Virus record (IMG/VR): IMGVR_UViG_3300025127_000234
Location: 1 to 25,824 of that record
DNA: 25,824 bases
Source: a virus
Taxonomy: Duplodnaviria > Caudoviricetes
Strand: one strand, 5' to 3'
Notes under the pieces: model-generated
Seen by the model: the letters and a program-made list of their open reading frames with translations, nothing else
The model's database searches: none
What the model was told of the DNA's origin: nothing
Translations under genes and position numbers: made by a program
Part shown: piece by piece, positions 1-6,952 of the stretch
Layout of the letters: each line of letters opens with the position of its first letter
Position numbering within the stretch: position 1 is the stretch's first letter

Positions 1-2
1 AC

Positions 3-692
3 ATTATTAAAGGTCCTTGTTTAAATTGGATCGCATGTGCTACACCAGAGCAGTTCGTAGATAATTTACCAGAGGATGCTAGATCACAAGGCTTGTTATC
101 TAGAATCATTCCTGTATTTTATGATGGCGAAAAGATACCACAGTCTTTATTACAAGATAGAGTAGAAGATTCTACAATACATAATCTAAGAAATGATTTA
201 TCAGAGATAGCTAAGATGTATGGTCCTATGCGATTTGATGATAGAGCATTTGATAAAATAAATCAAGACATAGAATCTGGATTGAAACCAATACCAACTG
301 ATGCAAACCTAGCTGAGTATACACAACGTAGAGTATCTCACTTTATTAAAGTTGCTTTGGCTGTATCTGCAAGTAGTTCTAAAGATAAAGTTATTACTTG
401 GGATCAATGGCAAAGAACTAAAGATTTAATGTTTGAAGTAGAAGAGAATATGCCTAAGGCATTGGCAGGCTTTGGTATGGCTAGAGCGGGTAAACTAGCA
501 CAAGATATGGCTGTTTGGACTAAAGAAACTATGCTGAATACAGAGAGAAACTTTGTAAGTCTTCGACATTTTAAGCGCGAATTACTCCGAAGAACTCTCG
601 CACCAGGAGAATCAGAACAGACAGTTAAAGCTATGGAAGAGGCTGGATATATTCAAGTTAAAGACGGTCTTGTGTTCCCAATGAAGTTATGA
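3..692 (+). CDS. 5'-truncated DUF3987/YfjI-like putative helicase (replication-associated ATPase), C-terminal part
   Basis: Frame is open from base 3 (IIKGPCLNWIACATPEQFVDNLPEDARSQGLLSRIIPVF...), so the track start at 93 is an artefact. P-x-L...ATP...GLLSR resembles the DUF3987 sensor/arginine-finger region; possible winged-helix-like C-terminus. Walker motifs would lie outside the window. Confidence 0.55.
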   Translation: MIKGPCLNWIACATPEQFVDNLPEDARSQGLLSRIIPVFYDGEKIPQSLLQDRVEDSTIHNLRNDLSEIAKMYGPMRFDDRAFDKINQDIESGLKPIPTDANLAEYTQRRVSHFIKVALAVSASSSKDKVITWDQWQRTKDLMFEVEENMPKALAGFGMARAGKLAQDMAVWTKETMLNTERNFVSLRHFKRELLRRTLAPGESEQTVKAMEEAGYIQVKDGLVFPMKL

Positions 693-698
693 TACAAT
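670..698 (+). promoter_or_regulatory. putative sigma70 promoter for nrdAB
   Basis: TTGTGT (670-675), 17 bp spacer, TACAAT (693-698), with extended -10 TG at 690-691; SD-like AAGGA before ATG 741. Confidence 0.5.
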
Positions 699-740
699 CA
701 AAAACTCGCGCTCTCTACAGGACAATATGAAAGGATACAA

Positions 741-2498
741 ATGAAAATAAATATAGAATACTCACGTGATGAATACCTAACCGAATCAGGAAAGACAATA
801 TTAAAAGATAGATACTTACTACCAACAGAAGCCAGCCCTCAAGATGCGTTTGTTAGAGCTGCCAAAACATTTGCAGATGATCAAGCACATGCGCAAAGAT
901 TGTATGATTATGCTAGTAAGTTGTGGTTTATGTTTTCCACTCCTGTGTTATCTAATGGTGGTACTACACGTGGTTTACCTATATCTTGTTTCTTAAATTA
1001 TGTAGACGATTCTCGAGAAGGATTAGCTGATCACTATACAGAAAACATATGGCTGTCTAGTATGGGTGGTGGCATTGGTGGATACTGGGGTGATGTAAGA
1101 TCACAGGGTATGTCTACTAGTATTGGAAATAAAACTACAGGAGTTATTCCTTTCATGCATGTAGTTGATTCACAGATGACTGCGTTTCATCAAGGCGCAA
1201 CTAGAAGAGGAAGCTATGCTTCTTATATGGATATATCTCACCCAGAGATTGTAGAGTTTATTGAGATGAGAAAACCAACAGGTGGAGATATACATAGAAA
1301 AAATTTAAATCTACATCACGGTGTAAATGTATCTGATAAGTTCATGGAAGCTGTAGTAGCAGGAGATTCTTGGGATTTAATTGATCCACATACAAAACAA
1401 GTTATCAATACAACAGATGCTAGAACTCTATGGATTAAATTACTTGAAACTAGAATAGCAACAGGTGAACCATATATAAGTTTTATTGATACAGTAAATG
1501 AATCATTACCAGAGACACAAAAGAAACTAGGATTAAAGTTTAATCATTCTAATCTATGTTCAGAGATTACATTACCTACAGCAAAAGATAGAACTGCTGT
1601 GTGTTGTTTATCTTCTGTTAATTTAGAATACTTTGATGAGTGGAAAGATAACCCACAATTCATAGAAGATTTAGTGCGTATGTTAGACAATGTGTTAGAA
1701 CATTTTATTCAGAAAGCTCCAGACTATATGTGGAGAGCTGTCAATTCTGCACGTTGTGAAAGAGCAATAGGTTTAGGTGCAATGGGATTACATAGCTACT
1801 TTCAGAAGAGAGCTATATCTATGGATAGTCCTATGTCTAAATCTATAAACGAATATATCTTTAAACATATACACAACGAGGCTCAAGCTGCTAATAAAAA
1901 GCTAGGGGCAGAGAGAGGTTCACCCGCAGATATGGAAGGCACAGGACTACGACATTCTCATGTCATCGCCATTGCTCCTAATGCATCTTCATCAGTTATC
2001 TGTGGAGGAACCTCTCCATCTATAGAACCACTAAGAGCAAACGCTTTTTCTCAAAAGACTTTGAGTGGCACATTTTTAATGAAGAATAAATACTTAGAGA
2101 AGGCATTAATAAAGTATGATAGAAATAATAAAGAAGTATGGAAGTCTATCGTAACTAATGGTGGTAGTGTGCAACACTTATCATTCTTATCTGAAGCAGA
2201 TAAAGAAGTATTTAAAACTGCAATTGAAATGAATCAAAGATGGTTGGTAGATTTAGCAGCCGATAGACAAAAGTATATTTGTCAATCACAAAGTTTAAAT
2301 TTATTTTTACCACCAGATGTAGATACTAAAACATTACATGGTATACATCTGAGAGCATGGAAGAGTAAAGTTAAAACTCTATATTACATGAGAAGTCAAG
2401 CACTTAAAAAGGTAGAGAACTTATCTAGTAAAATAGAAAGAACAATAAGACAAGACTTTGATACAGATGAAACTGCTTGCGCAGCTTGCGAGGCATAG
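741..2498 (+). CDS. nrdA: class I ribonucleoside-diphosphate reductase alpha subunit, short form without ATP cone
   Basis: Motifs STPVLSNGG, PISCFL, SNLCSEI (catalytic N-x-C-x-E), AVCCLSS, IAPNASSS, TLYY and C-terminal CAAC redox pair. Confidence 0.97.
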   Translation: MKINIEYSRDEYLTESGKTILKDRYLLPTEASPQDAFVRAAKTFADDQAHAQRLYDYASKLWFMFSTPVLSNGGTTRGLPISCFLNYVDDSREGLADHYTENIWLSSMGGGIGGYWGDVRSQGMSTSIGNKTTGVIPFMHVVDSQMTAFHQGATRRGSYASYMDISHPEIVEFIEMRKPTGGDIHRKNLNLHHGVNVSDKFMEAVVAGDSWDLIDPHTKQVINTTDARTLWIKLLETRIATGEPYISFIDTVNESLPETQKKLGLKFNHSNLCSEITLPTAKDRTAVCCLSSVNLEYFDEWKDNPQFIEDLVRMLDNVLEHFIQKAPDYMWRAVNSARCERAIGLGAMGLHSYFQKRAISMDSPMSKSINEYIFKHIHNEAQAANKKLGAERGSPADMEGTGLRHSHVIAIAPNASSSVICGGTSPSIEPLRANAFSQKTLSGTFLMKNKYLEKALIKYDRNNKEVWKSIVTNGGSVQHLSFLSEADKEVFKTAIEMNQRWLVDLAADRQKYICQSQSLNLFLPPDVDTKTLHGIHLRAWKSKVKTLYYMRSQALKKVENLSSKIERTIRQDFDTDETACAACEA

Positions 2499-2509
2499 GA
2501 AGGGGAGAG

Positions 2510-3475
2510 ATGTCAGTATTTGAAGGAAGAGAATATTACAAACCATTTGAATATCCGTGGGCGTTTAAAGCCTATGATGATCAACAAAAGATGCATTGGT
2601 TACCAAGTGAAGTTCCATTACATGAGGATGTAAACGATTGGAACTCTAAGATGAATGATGCAGAAAAGAATCTAGTAAAACAGATTCTAACATTTTTTAC
2701 ACAAGGTGATGTAGATATTGCACAAGCCTATATGGATGTGTATATACCCATGTTTAAAAAACCAGAGGTGCGCATGATGTTATCCGCTATCGCTACATCG
2801 GAGGCTAACCATGCACACAGTTACTCTTTATTAAATGATACAATAGGTATGGATGATAGAGAGTATAAAGCTTTCCAAGAATATAAAGAGATGGCTGACA
2901 AACATAACTACCTTTGGGAAAGTAAAGGGGGCACGGAAGAACAAAAGATCATAAGAGATATGGCTGTGTTCTCTGCATTTGGTGAAGGCTTGCAGTTGTT
3001 TGGTTCATTTATTATGCTACTAAACTTTCAAAGGTTTGGTAAGATGAAAGGCATGGGGCAGATAGTTGCATGGTCTATACGTGATGAGAATCATCATGTG
3101 GAAAATATGATTAAGTTATTACATACTGTATTAGATGAGAAACCTCACGTATGGAATGATAAGTTTAAGAAATCACTCTACGATATATGTAGGGATATGG
3201 TAACTCTTGAAGAGAAGTTCATAGACTTGGCGTTCGCACAAGGACCAGTCCAAGGACTTACACCACAAGAAGTAAAGAACTATATACACTACATGGCAGA
3301 CAGAAGATTACTCCAGCTAGGTTTAAAACCTAACTACGGAGTTAAAAACAATCCGCTTGAGTGGGTGGATTATATTGTCAATGGACAGGCACACGAAAAC
3401 TTCTTTGAGACTAGAGCGACTGAGTATGCAAAGGGAGCAGTTCAAGGAGATTGGAGTGATGCCTTTTCCTCTTGA
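2510..3475 (+). CDS. nrdB: class Ia ribonucleotide reductase beta subunit
   Basis: Di-metal ligands FFTQGD, EANH, EGLQLF and DENHH; radical Tyr in HAHSY; NFFE-x-R-x-x-EY tail. Real start is probably ATG 2510 after a GGAG SD, not TTG 2477. Confidence 0.96.
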   Translation: MSVFEGREYYKPFEYPWAFKAYDDQQKMHWLPSEVPLHEDVNDWNSKMNDAEKNLVKQILTFFTQGDVDIAQAYMDVYIPMFKKPEVRMMLSAIATSEANHAHSYSLLNDTIGMDDREYKAFQEYKEMADKHNYLWESKGGTEEQKIIRDMAVFSAFGEGLQLFGSFIMLLNFQRFGKMKGMGQIVAWSIRDENHHVENMIKLLHTVLDEKPHVWNDKFKKSLYDICRDMVTLEEKFIDLAFAQGPVQGLTPQEVKNYIHYMADRRLLQLGLKPNYGVKNNPLEWVDYIVNGQAHENFFETRATEYAKGAVQGDWSDAFSS

Positions 3476-3500
3476 CAAACCTTATATCATTTGATATAAT
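3472..3500 (+). promoter_or_regulatory. perfect-consensus sigma70 promoter overlapping the nrdB stop codon
   Basis: TTGACA (3472-3477), 17 bp spacer, TATAAT (3495-3500), extended -10 TG at 3492-3493. Confidence 0.9.
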
Positions 3501-3506
3501 AACACT

Positions 3507-3629
3507 AACAACGGAGACAGGGGGGCACAAAGAACCTTACTTCTTCTAGATGCAATATTTAGAAACAGTTTGGGGAACAACTTCCACAACCGTACAAAGG
3601 GCTGGTCTTAGGATTAGCCCTTTTCTTTT
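3507..3629 (+). ncRNA. candidate ~120-nt structured small RNA or attenuating leader
   Basis: Bounded by the consensus promoter and an intrinsic terminator; internal hairpins at 3544-3564 and 3568-3590; no SD-supported ORF. Confidence 0.55.
3596..3629 (+). terminator. intrinsic (Rho-independent) terminator
   Basis: Stem AAAGGGCTGGTC/GATTAGCCCTTT with two G-U pairs, loop TTAG, U-tract TTTTCTTTT. Confidence 0.8.
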
Positions 3630-3637
3630 GGAGACAC

Positions 3638-3838
3638 ATGAAAAATAAATTTAATTATCCACACACAACTAAATATGATAGGTTTGCAAAAAAGTTATAC
3701 CTGTTATTCAGCAATAAATCATTGACTTCTAAGTATAAGTTTGATAGACTCCCAATCAAAGACAAGGACTATTGGAGAGCCTTGGCTGAAATATCAACAA
3801 AGGAGAAACTATGGCAAACCCAACAACTTTCTCCGTAA
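3638..3838 (+). CDS. small basic hypothetical protein (66 aa)
   Basis: GGAG SD at 3630-3633, ATG start; no recognised family. Confidence 0.65.
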   Translation: MKNKFNYPHTTKYDRFAKKLYLLFSNKSLTSKYKFDRLPIKDKDYWRALAEISTKEKLWQTQQLSP

Positions 3839-4008
3839 CAGAATCATTTGTTAACAAGTGTTTAAACTTCTTTAGCAAAGACGAAACAAACGGAGACTCA
3901 TTAGAAGATTATTGCAGAGCTGAGTACAGAGAAGACTGGCAGTGGGCATTAAACTTTTATAAAAGAAACAACTCATTTCCAAGTGTTCATAAGATCATAG
4001 AGAAATAA
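3811..4008 (+). CDS. small hypothetical protein (65 aa)
   Basis: AAGGAG SD; the EDYCRAEYREDWQWA segment resembles small marine-phage proteins (from memory). Confidence 0.75.
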   Translation: MANPTTFSVTESFVNKCLNFFSKDETNGDSLEDYCRAEYREDWQWALNFYKRNNSFPSVHKIIEK

Positions 4009-4021
4009 TTGTAATCGGAAT

Positions 4022-4050
4022 AGGCTAGGCGTAAGCCTAGCTTTGTTCTT
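4022..4050. terminator. terminator hairpin at the junction of convergent operons
   Basis: GCTAGGC-GTAA-GCCTAGC (4024-4041, GNRA loop) followed by TTTGTTCTTT on +; contains the TAG stop of the minus-strand gene. Confidence 0.8.
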
Positions 4051-4675
4051 TGAATTTATAAAAGAAGTTAGTATCGTCACCTGCTGTCCATTTACTGACA
4101 GATTCCACATTATATTCTATAGTTGATACTTTAAAATCTGGTTGCTTTGGTTCTGCAGGAGTCAAAGATTTGTCATAAAACAATGTTCTATTGTTTGGTT
4201 GGGCAGCAAAGTGTCCGTTTTCTAATTCTAAAATATTAAATGACTTATGTTCCTCTGGAACTTGTGAGTAATTTATGTTGGGTAAATTATGATCAGCATG
4301 GCAACTATCTATTGTAAAAAGATATTCTCCATGATACCATTTCTTTGATGGCGATAAGTATTTTGCTCTAGGTGGTACAGTAATTTTTTCTATCACTGTT
4401 ATATGATAACTAAAAGCATCCCACAATTCTAGTTCTTCTAGGGGTAAATCTTCTTTAACATTGGGTGAACTAACGAAAGCACTAATTGGTAGCTTATCAT
4501 AGAGAGCGGCATACTCTGGTATATATGTTTCAAAATACAAAGCTCTGCCTTGTATAGATTTAACAGTAGTCCATATGCCTTCTACGTATTCTCCGTGCCC
4601 CCTTTCGAGGTCATAGAGATATTGTTTCTTAACCCAAACTTTTACAGGTGGTACGTTAGCTACTAGAAAAGACAT
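4037..4675 (-). CDS. conserved phage hypothetical protein (212 aa)
   Basis: Long ORF directly abutting the lysozyme stop; globular aromatic-rich sequence (ELWDAFSY, YLFTID, EHKSFN, AAQPNNR); no function recognised. Confidence 0.85.
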   Translation of the reverse strand: MSFLVANVPPVKVWVKKQYLYDLERGHGEYVEGIWTTVKSIQGRALYFETYIPEYAALYDKLPISAFVSSPNVKEDLPLEELELWDAFSYHITVIEKITVPPRAKYLSPSKKWYHGEYLFTIDSCHADHNLPNINYSQVPEEHKSFNILELENGHFAAQPNNRTLFYDKSLTPAEPKQPDFKVSTIEYNVESVSKWTAGDDTNFFYKFKEQS

Positions 4676-5122
4676 CTAGTGTGCTAGTTCTCTGATGATA
4701 TAAGATAGTTTCTCCGCACGCATTGGGGTCTGCTTTGCCCAGCGCGAGTCAAGCATTTCATCTGCGGCTAGGTGATAGGTCTTAGTAGATAAATTTGCTA
4801 AGAATTTTTTAAACTTACCTACACCCCCAACACCTAGCTGAAATACCATTTCTATAAGAACCTCTTTAACAGGTTGCGGATGATCGTCAAGATTGATATT
4901 ATTTGCTTGAGCGACCACGTCAGCAGAATTACAGGCGCTTTCAAAATCACTTTCAAACACGGCTTCCAATTGTTCTTGACTATATTCAATACCTTCTTCA
5001 TAGTTGTCCTCCGTTGTAACGAGGTGACCATATCCTATGGTAGCAAATCCTAAGCTATCCTTATAAACGATATTTCTAAATCCCTCGTGTTCTTTTATTC
5101 TCTCCTTAAGTTCTTCAAACAT
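4676..5122 (-). CDS. endolysin, T4-lysozyme-like muramidase (GH24)
   Basis: E-x8-D-x5-T triad in HEGFRNIVYKDSLGFATIGYGH; MVFQLG and DSRWAKQTPMRA motifs; AGGAGG SD supports ATG 5122. Confidence 0.92.
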   Translation of the reverse strand: MFEELKERIKEHEGFRNIVYKDSLGFATIGYGHLVTTEDNYEEGIEYSQEQLEAVFESDFESACNSADVVAQANNINLDDHPQPVKEVLIEMVFQLGVGGVGKFKKFLANLSTKTYHLAADEMLDSRWAKQTPMRAEKLSYIIRELAH

Positions 5123-5155
5123 TAAAATCCTCCTATGCCCCAATGTTTATTATGT

Positions 5156-5452
5156 TCATCTTCGTCTTGCTTTTGTTTTCCTTTTTTGTGATTCAATAAA
5201 CTTTCTATATATAGCGGCAGGCTTACTCTTGCCAGCAACGCGAGCTCGCTGCTCCATTGCAATAGCTGCTTGAGTTTTATGAGCATGGCTTCTACCGCTT
5301 CCACGAATTTTAGACACGCTCTTTCTAGCCGATGCGGCATCTTTGAATCCAAGTCCTTTGATTGTACCTTTTGGGTTTTCGTCTGTGTATAAGTCTGAGT
5401 GTTTTTTTGAACCAACAGGTTGTCCTTTCTTTCTAGGTATTCTTGGAGCCAT
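5156..5452 (-). CDS. highly basic hypothetical protein (98 aa, MAPRIPRKKGQ...)
   Basis: ATG 5452 overlaps the end of the upstream gene; HSDLYTDENPKGTIKGLGF segment looks like a conserved core; the track's upstream extension lies inside another gene. Confidence 0.75.
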   Translation of the reverse strand: MAPRIPRKKGQPVGSKKHSDLYTDENPKGTIKGLGFKDAASARKSVSKIRGSGRSHAHKTQAAIAMEQRARVAGKSKPAAIYRKFIESQKRKTKARRR

Positions 5453-5840
5453 TCTTAGATAGTAATCCCATAGCGCCCTTAGCACCTTTAATACCAAAGC
5501 TTGCAGAACAAGCAATATATAATAAATGTTTGTAATAATCTGGTAAACTATGCAATGCTTCAAATCCTGCTTTGATGTGTGGTGTCCATCCAGGAATAAA
5601 TACTAGCACCGCTGGAATTAACAGGCATAGTAAAATTAGTTCGTCTTTCCAGCTCCCTTTCATTTGATCTACAGCGGAAGCTTCCCACGATATTTTACCT
5701 GCGATCTGTTGTTCTTTTAAACTTTTCTGTGCTTTTATTTCTGTCAAAGCTAAGTCAGCTTTTGCTTTCTTAGTCTCAACAAACCCCTTGACTGTATCTC
5801 CTATCAAAGATGTTAGAGGTCCTACTAATAGATTTAACAT
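5433..5840 (-). CDS. putative holin-like membrane protein
   Basis: Hydrophobic segments ELILLCLLIPAVLVFIP and LLYIACSASFGI after SWKDE; amphipathic N-terminus; located upstream of the endolysin. Confidence 0.6.
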   Translation of the reverse strand: MLNLLVGPLTSLIGDTVKGFVETKKAKADLALTEIKAQKSLKEQQIAGKISWEASAVDQMKGSWKDELILLCLLIPAVLVFIPGWTPHIKAGFEALHSLPDYYKHLLYIACSASFGIKGAKGAMGLLSKNGSKNT

Positions 5841-6100
5841 TATGATACCTTTCTAAATCTTTTTGTTTTCTTCTTTATATTCTTTGGTTGAGCCGCGTGT
5901 TGTTTACCAGCAGCTCTGGCTTTTCTTTTAGCTCTAGTAGTGGCAGCGTACTCAGCAGGTGACAAAGACTTTATAGCAGCAGAAGGTAGATATCTTTCTC
6001 CTGTAGCTTTAGGTCCTTGTGTCGATGGCTTTCCAGATTTGGTTCTCCATTTCTGTTTGGTCCATGACTTTAAACTTCTCTGCGATTTGGCAAGAGCCAT
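5840..6100 (-). CDS. basic protein resembling the C-terminal half of DUF5872-family proteins
   Basis: SQRSLKSWTKQKWRTKSG...ERYLPSAAIKSLSPAEYAATTRAK; TAATG coupling on both sides. Confidence 0.75.
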   Translation of the reverse strand: MALAKSQRSLKSWTKQKWRTKSGKPSTQGPKATGERYLPSAAIKSLSPAEYAATTRAKRKARAAGKQHAAQPKNIKKKTKRFRKVS

Positions 6101-6282
6101 TACTTTTTCTTTTTAGACTTCATGATCTTGTCTTGCAAGAACTTAGGTAAAGTCTTTTGAGCTCCAGTTAATTTACCTTTTGTACCATTACCATTCTTAA
6201 CTTCTTTCATTGGCTTCTGGTTCTTAGCTTTCTTAGACGGTCTACCTTTCTTACTTCCGTAAGTTCCTTTTCCCATTGGCAT
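6100..6282 (-). CDS. Lys-rich small protein (MPMGKGTYGSKKGRP...)
   Basis: Translationally coupled (TAATG) at both ends; very basic. Confidence 0.75.
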   Translation of the reverse strand: MPMGKGTYGSKKGRPSKKAKNQKPMKEVKNGNGTKGKLTGAQKTLPKFLQDKIMKSKKKK

Positions 6283-6374
6283 TATTTTTTCCCTTTCTTT
6301 TTCTTAGGTAATTTGCATTTACATTCTTTTATGTGAAATATTTTGCAAATAATTTTTTTAATAATACGAATCAT
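6282..6374 (-). CDS. 30-aa cationic Cys-containing peptide MIRIIKKIICKIFHIKECKCKLPKKKKGKK (not in ORF track)
   Basis: Hand translation; ATGA overlap upstream, TAATG overlap downstream, GGAGG SD; fills the gap exactly. Confidence 0.7.
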   Translation of the reverse strand: MIRIIKKIICKIFHIKECKCKLPKKKKGKK

Positions 6375-6547
6375 TTGTAACCTCCGCCTTTTGATTTGTA
6401 TTGTTTAGCTAGCATTTGAGCTTTACGAGCTGACCATTGTCCAGGAGCTCCGCCTTTTCCTCCAGCTTTGATCCTATTAAATAGTGCTTTACGCATACCA
6501 GGTTTTGTATAGTTACCTGCTTTATTAACTGTAGATTTTTTCTTCAT
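6371..6547 (-). CDS. 58-aa basic protein resembling the N-terminal half of DUF5872-family proteins (not in ORF track)
   Basis: Hand translation MKKKSTVNKAGNYTKPGMRKALFNRIKAGGKGGAPGQWSARKAQMLAKQYKSKGGGYK; ATGA overlaps at both ends. Confidence 0.85.
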   Translation of the reverse strand: MKKKSTVNKAGNYTKPGMRKALFNRIKAGGKGGAPGQWSARKAQMLAKQYKSKGGGYK

Positions 6548-6759
6548 GGTCTCTGTAGTTTTTTCTTTTTAACTTTTAAATCTTTTTGTATTCTAGATAA
6601 AGTAGGTGATGGTCTATTTAAGCTAGACATAAAAGATTTTTTCTTAGCTTGTTTAGACATTAACTTTTTAACACGCTTATCTACGTTAGGGTTTTTAGGC
6701 TTTCTCTTTCGAGAAGCGGGAGCTTTCTTCATCATTTGCTCCATTGCAGCTCTGTTCAT
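6544..6759 (-). CDS. Lys/Arg-rich small hypothetical protein (71 aa)
   Basis: ATGA-coupled to the next gene; very basic, low complexity. Confidence 0.7.
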   Translation of the reverse strand: MNRAAMEQMMKKAPASRKRKPKNPNVDKRVKKLMSKQAKKKSFMSSLNRPSPTLSRIQKDLKVKKKKLQRP

Positions 6760-6768
6760 GGTTTTTAT

Positions 6769-6873
6769 CTACTCTTTGGATTCGGAATCATCTGAGGATT
6801 CTTCTACCTTAACAGCATCCCCACCGATTTTGACAACAGGAGCTGTCATTTCTATTGCATCTGTGTGTATCAT
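6769..6873 (-). CDS. 34-aa acidic peptide MIHTDAIEMTAPVVKIGGDAVKVEESSDDSESKE, probably leaderless (not in ORF track)
   Basis: ATG lies 7 nt after a TATAAT -10 element; fills the region between the promoter and the next gene. Confidence 0.5.
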   Translation of the reverse strand: MIHTDAIEMTAPVVKIGGDAVKVEESSDDSESKE

Positions 6874-6879
6874 TAGATA

Positions 6880-6908
6880 ATTATATCACAGTAGAATTTA
6901 CTTGACAA
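6880..6908 (-). promoter_or_regulatory. sigma70 promoter for the basic-protein/lysis operon
   Basis: Minus strand TTGTCA (6908-6903), 17 bp spacer, TATAAT (6885-6880), with extended TG. Confidence 0.8.
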
Positions 6909-6930
6909 TAGTATAAAATAATGGTAATAT
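6902..6930 (+). promoter_or_regulatory. sigma70 promoter for the HTH-metallophosphoesterase gene
   Basis: TTGACA (6902-6907), 17 bp spacer, TAATAT (6925-6930), TG at 6922-6923; AGGAG SD at 6942-6946. Confidence 0.75.
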
Positions 6931-6952
6931 ACCACAATTACAGGAGAACATC

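Noticed and set aside
2477-2509. N-terminal extension of nrdB in the ORF track
   Set aside because: TTG start overlapping nrdA; ATG 2510 has a proper SD and a typical NrdB N-terminus.
741-3475. Intron, intein or homing endonuclease in the RNR genes
   Set aside because: Both ORFs are continuous and of compact length with all motifs in order.
3550-3648. 32-codon ORF MQYLETVWG... inside the candidate RNA
   Set aside because: No SD at a usable distance and it runs through the terminator; kept only as an alternative explanation.
5122-5415. 97-aa minus-strand ORF
   Set aside because: Alternative frame overlapping the better-supported 5156-5452 gene; no SD or recognisable motif.
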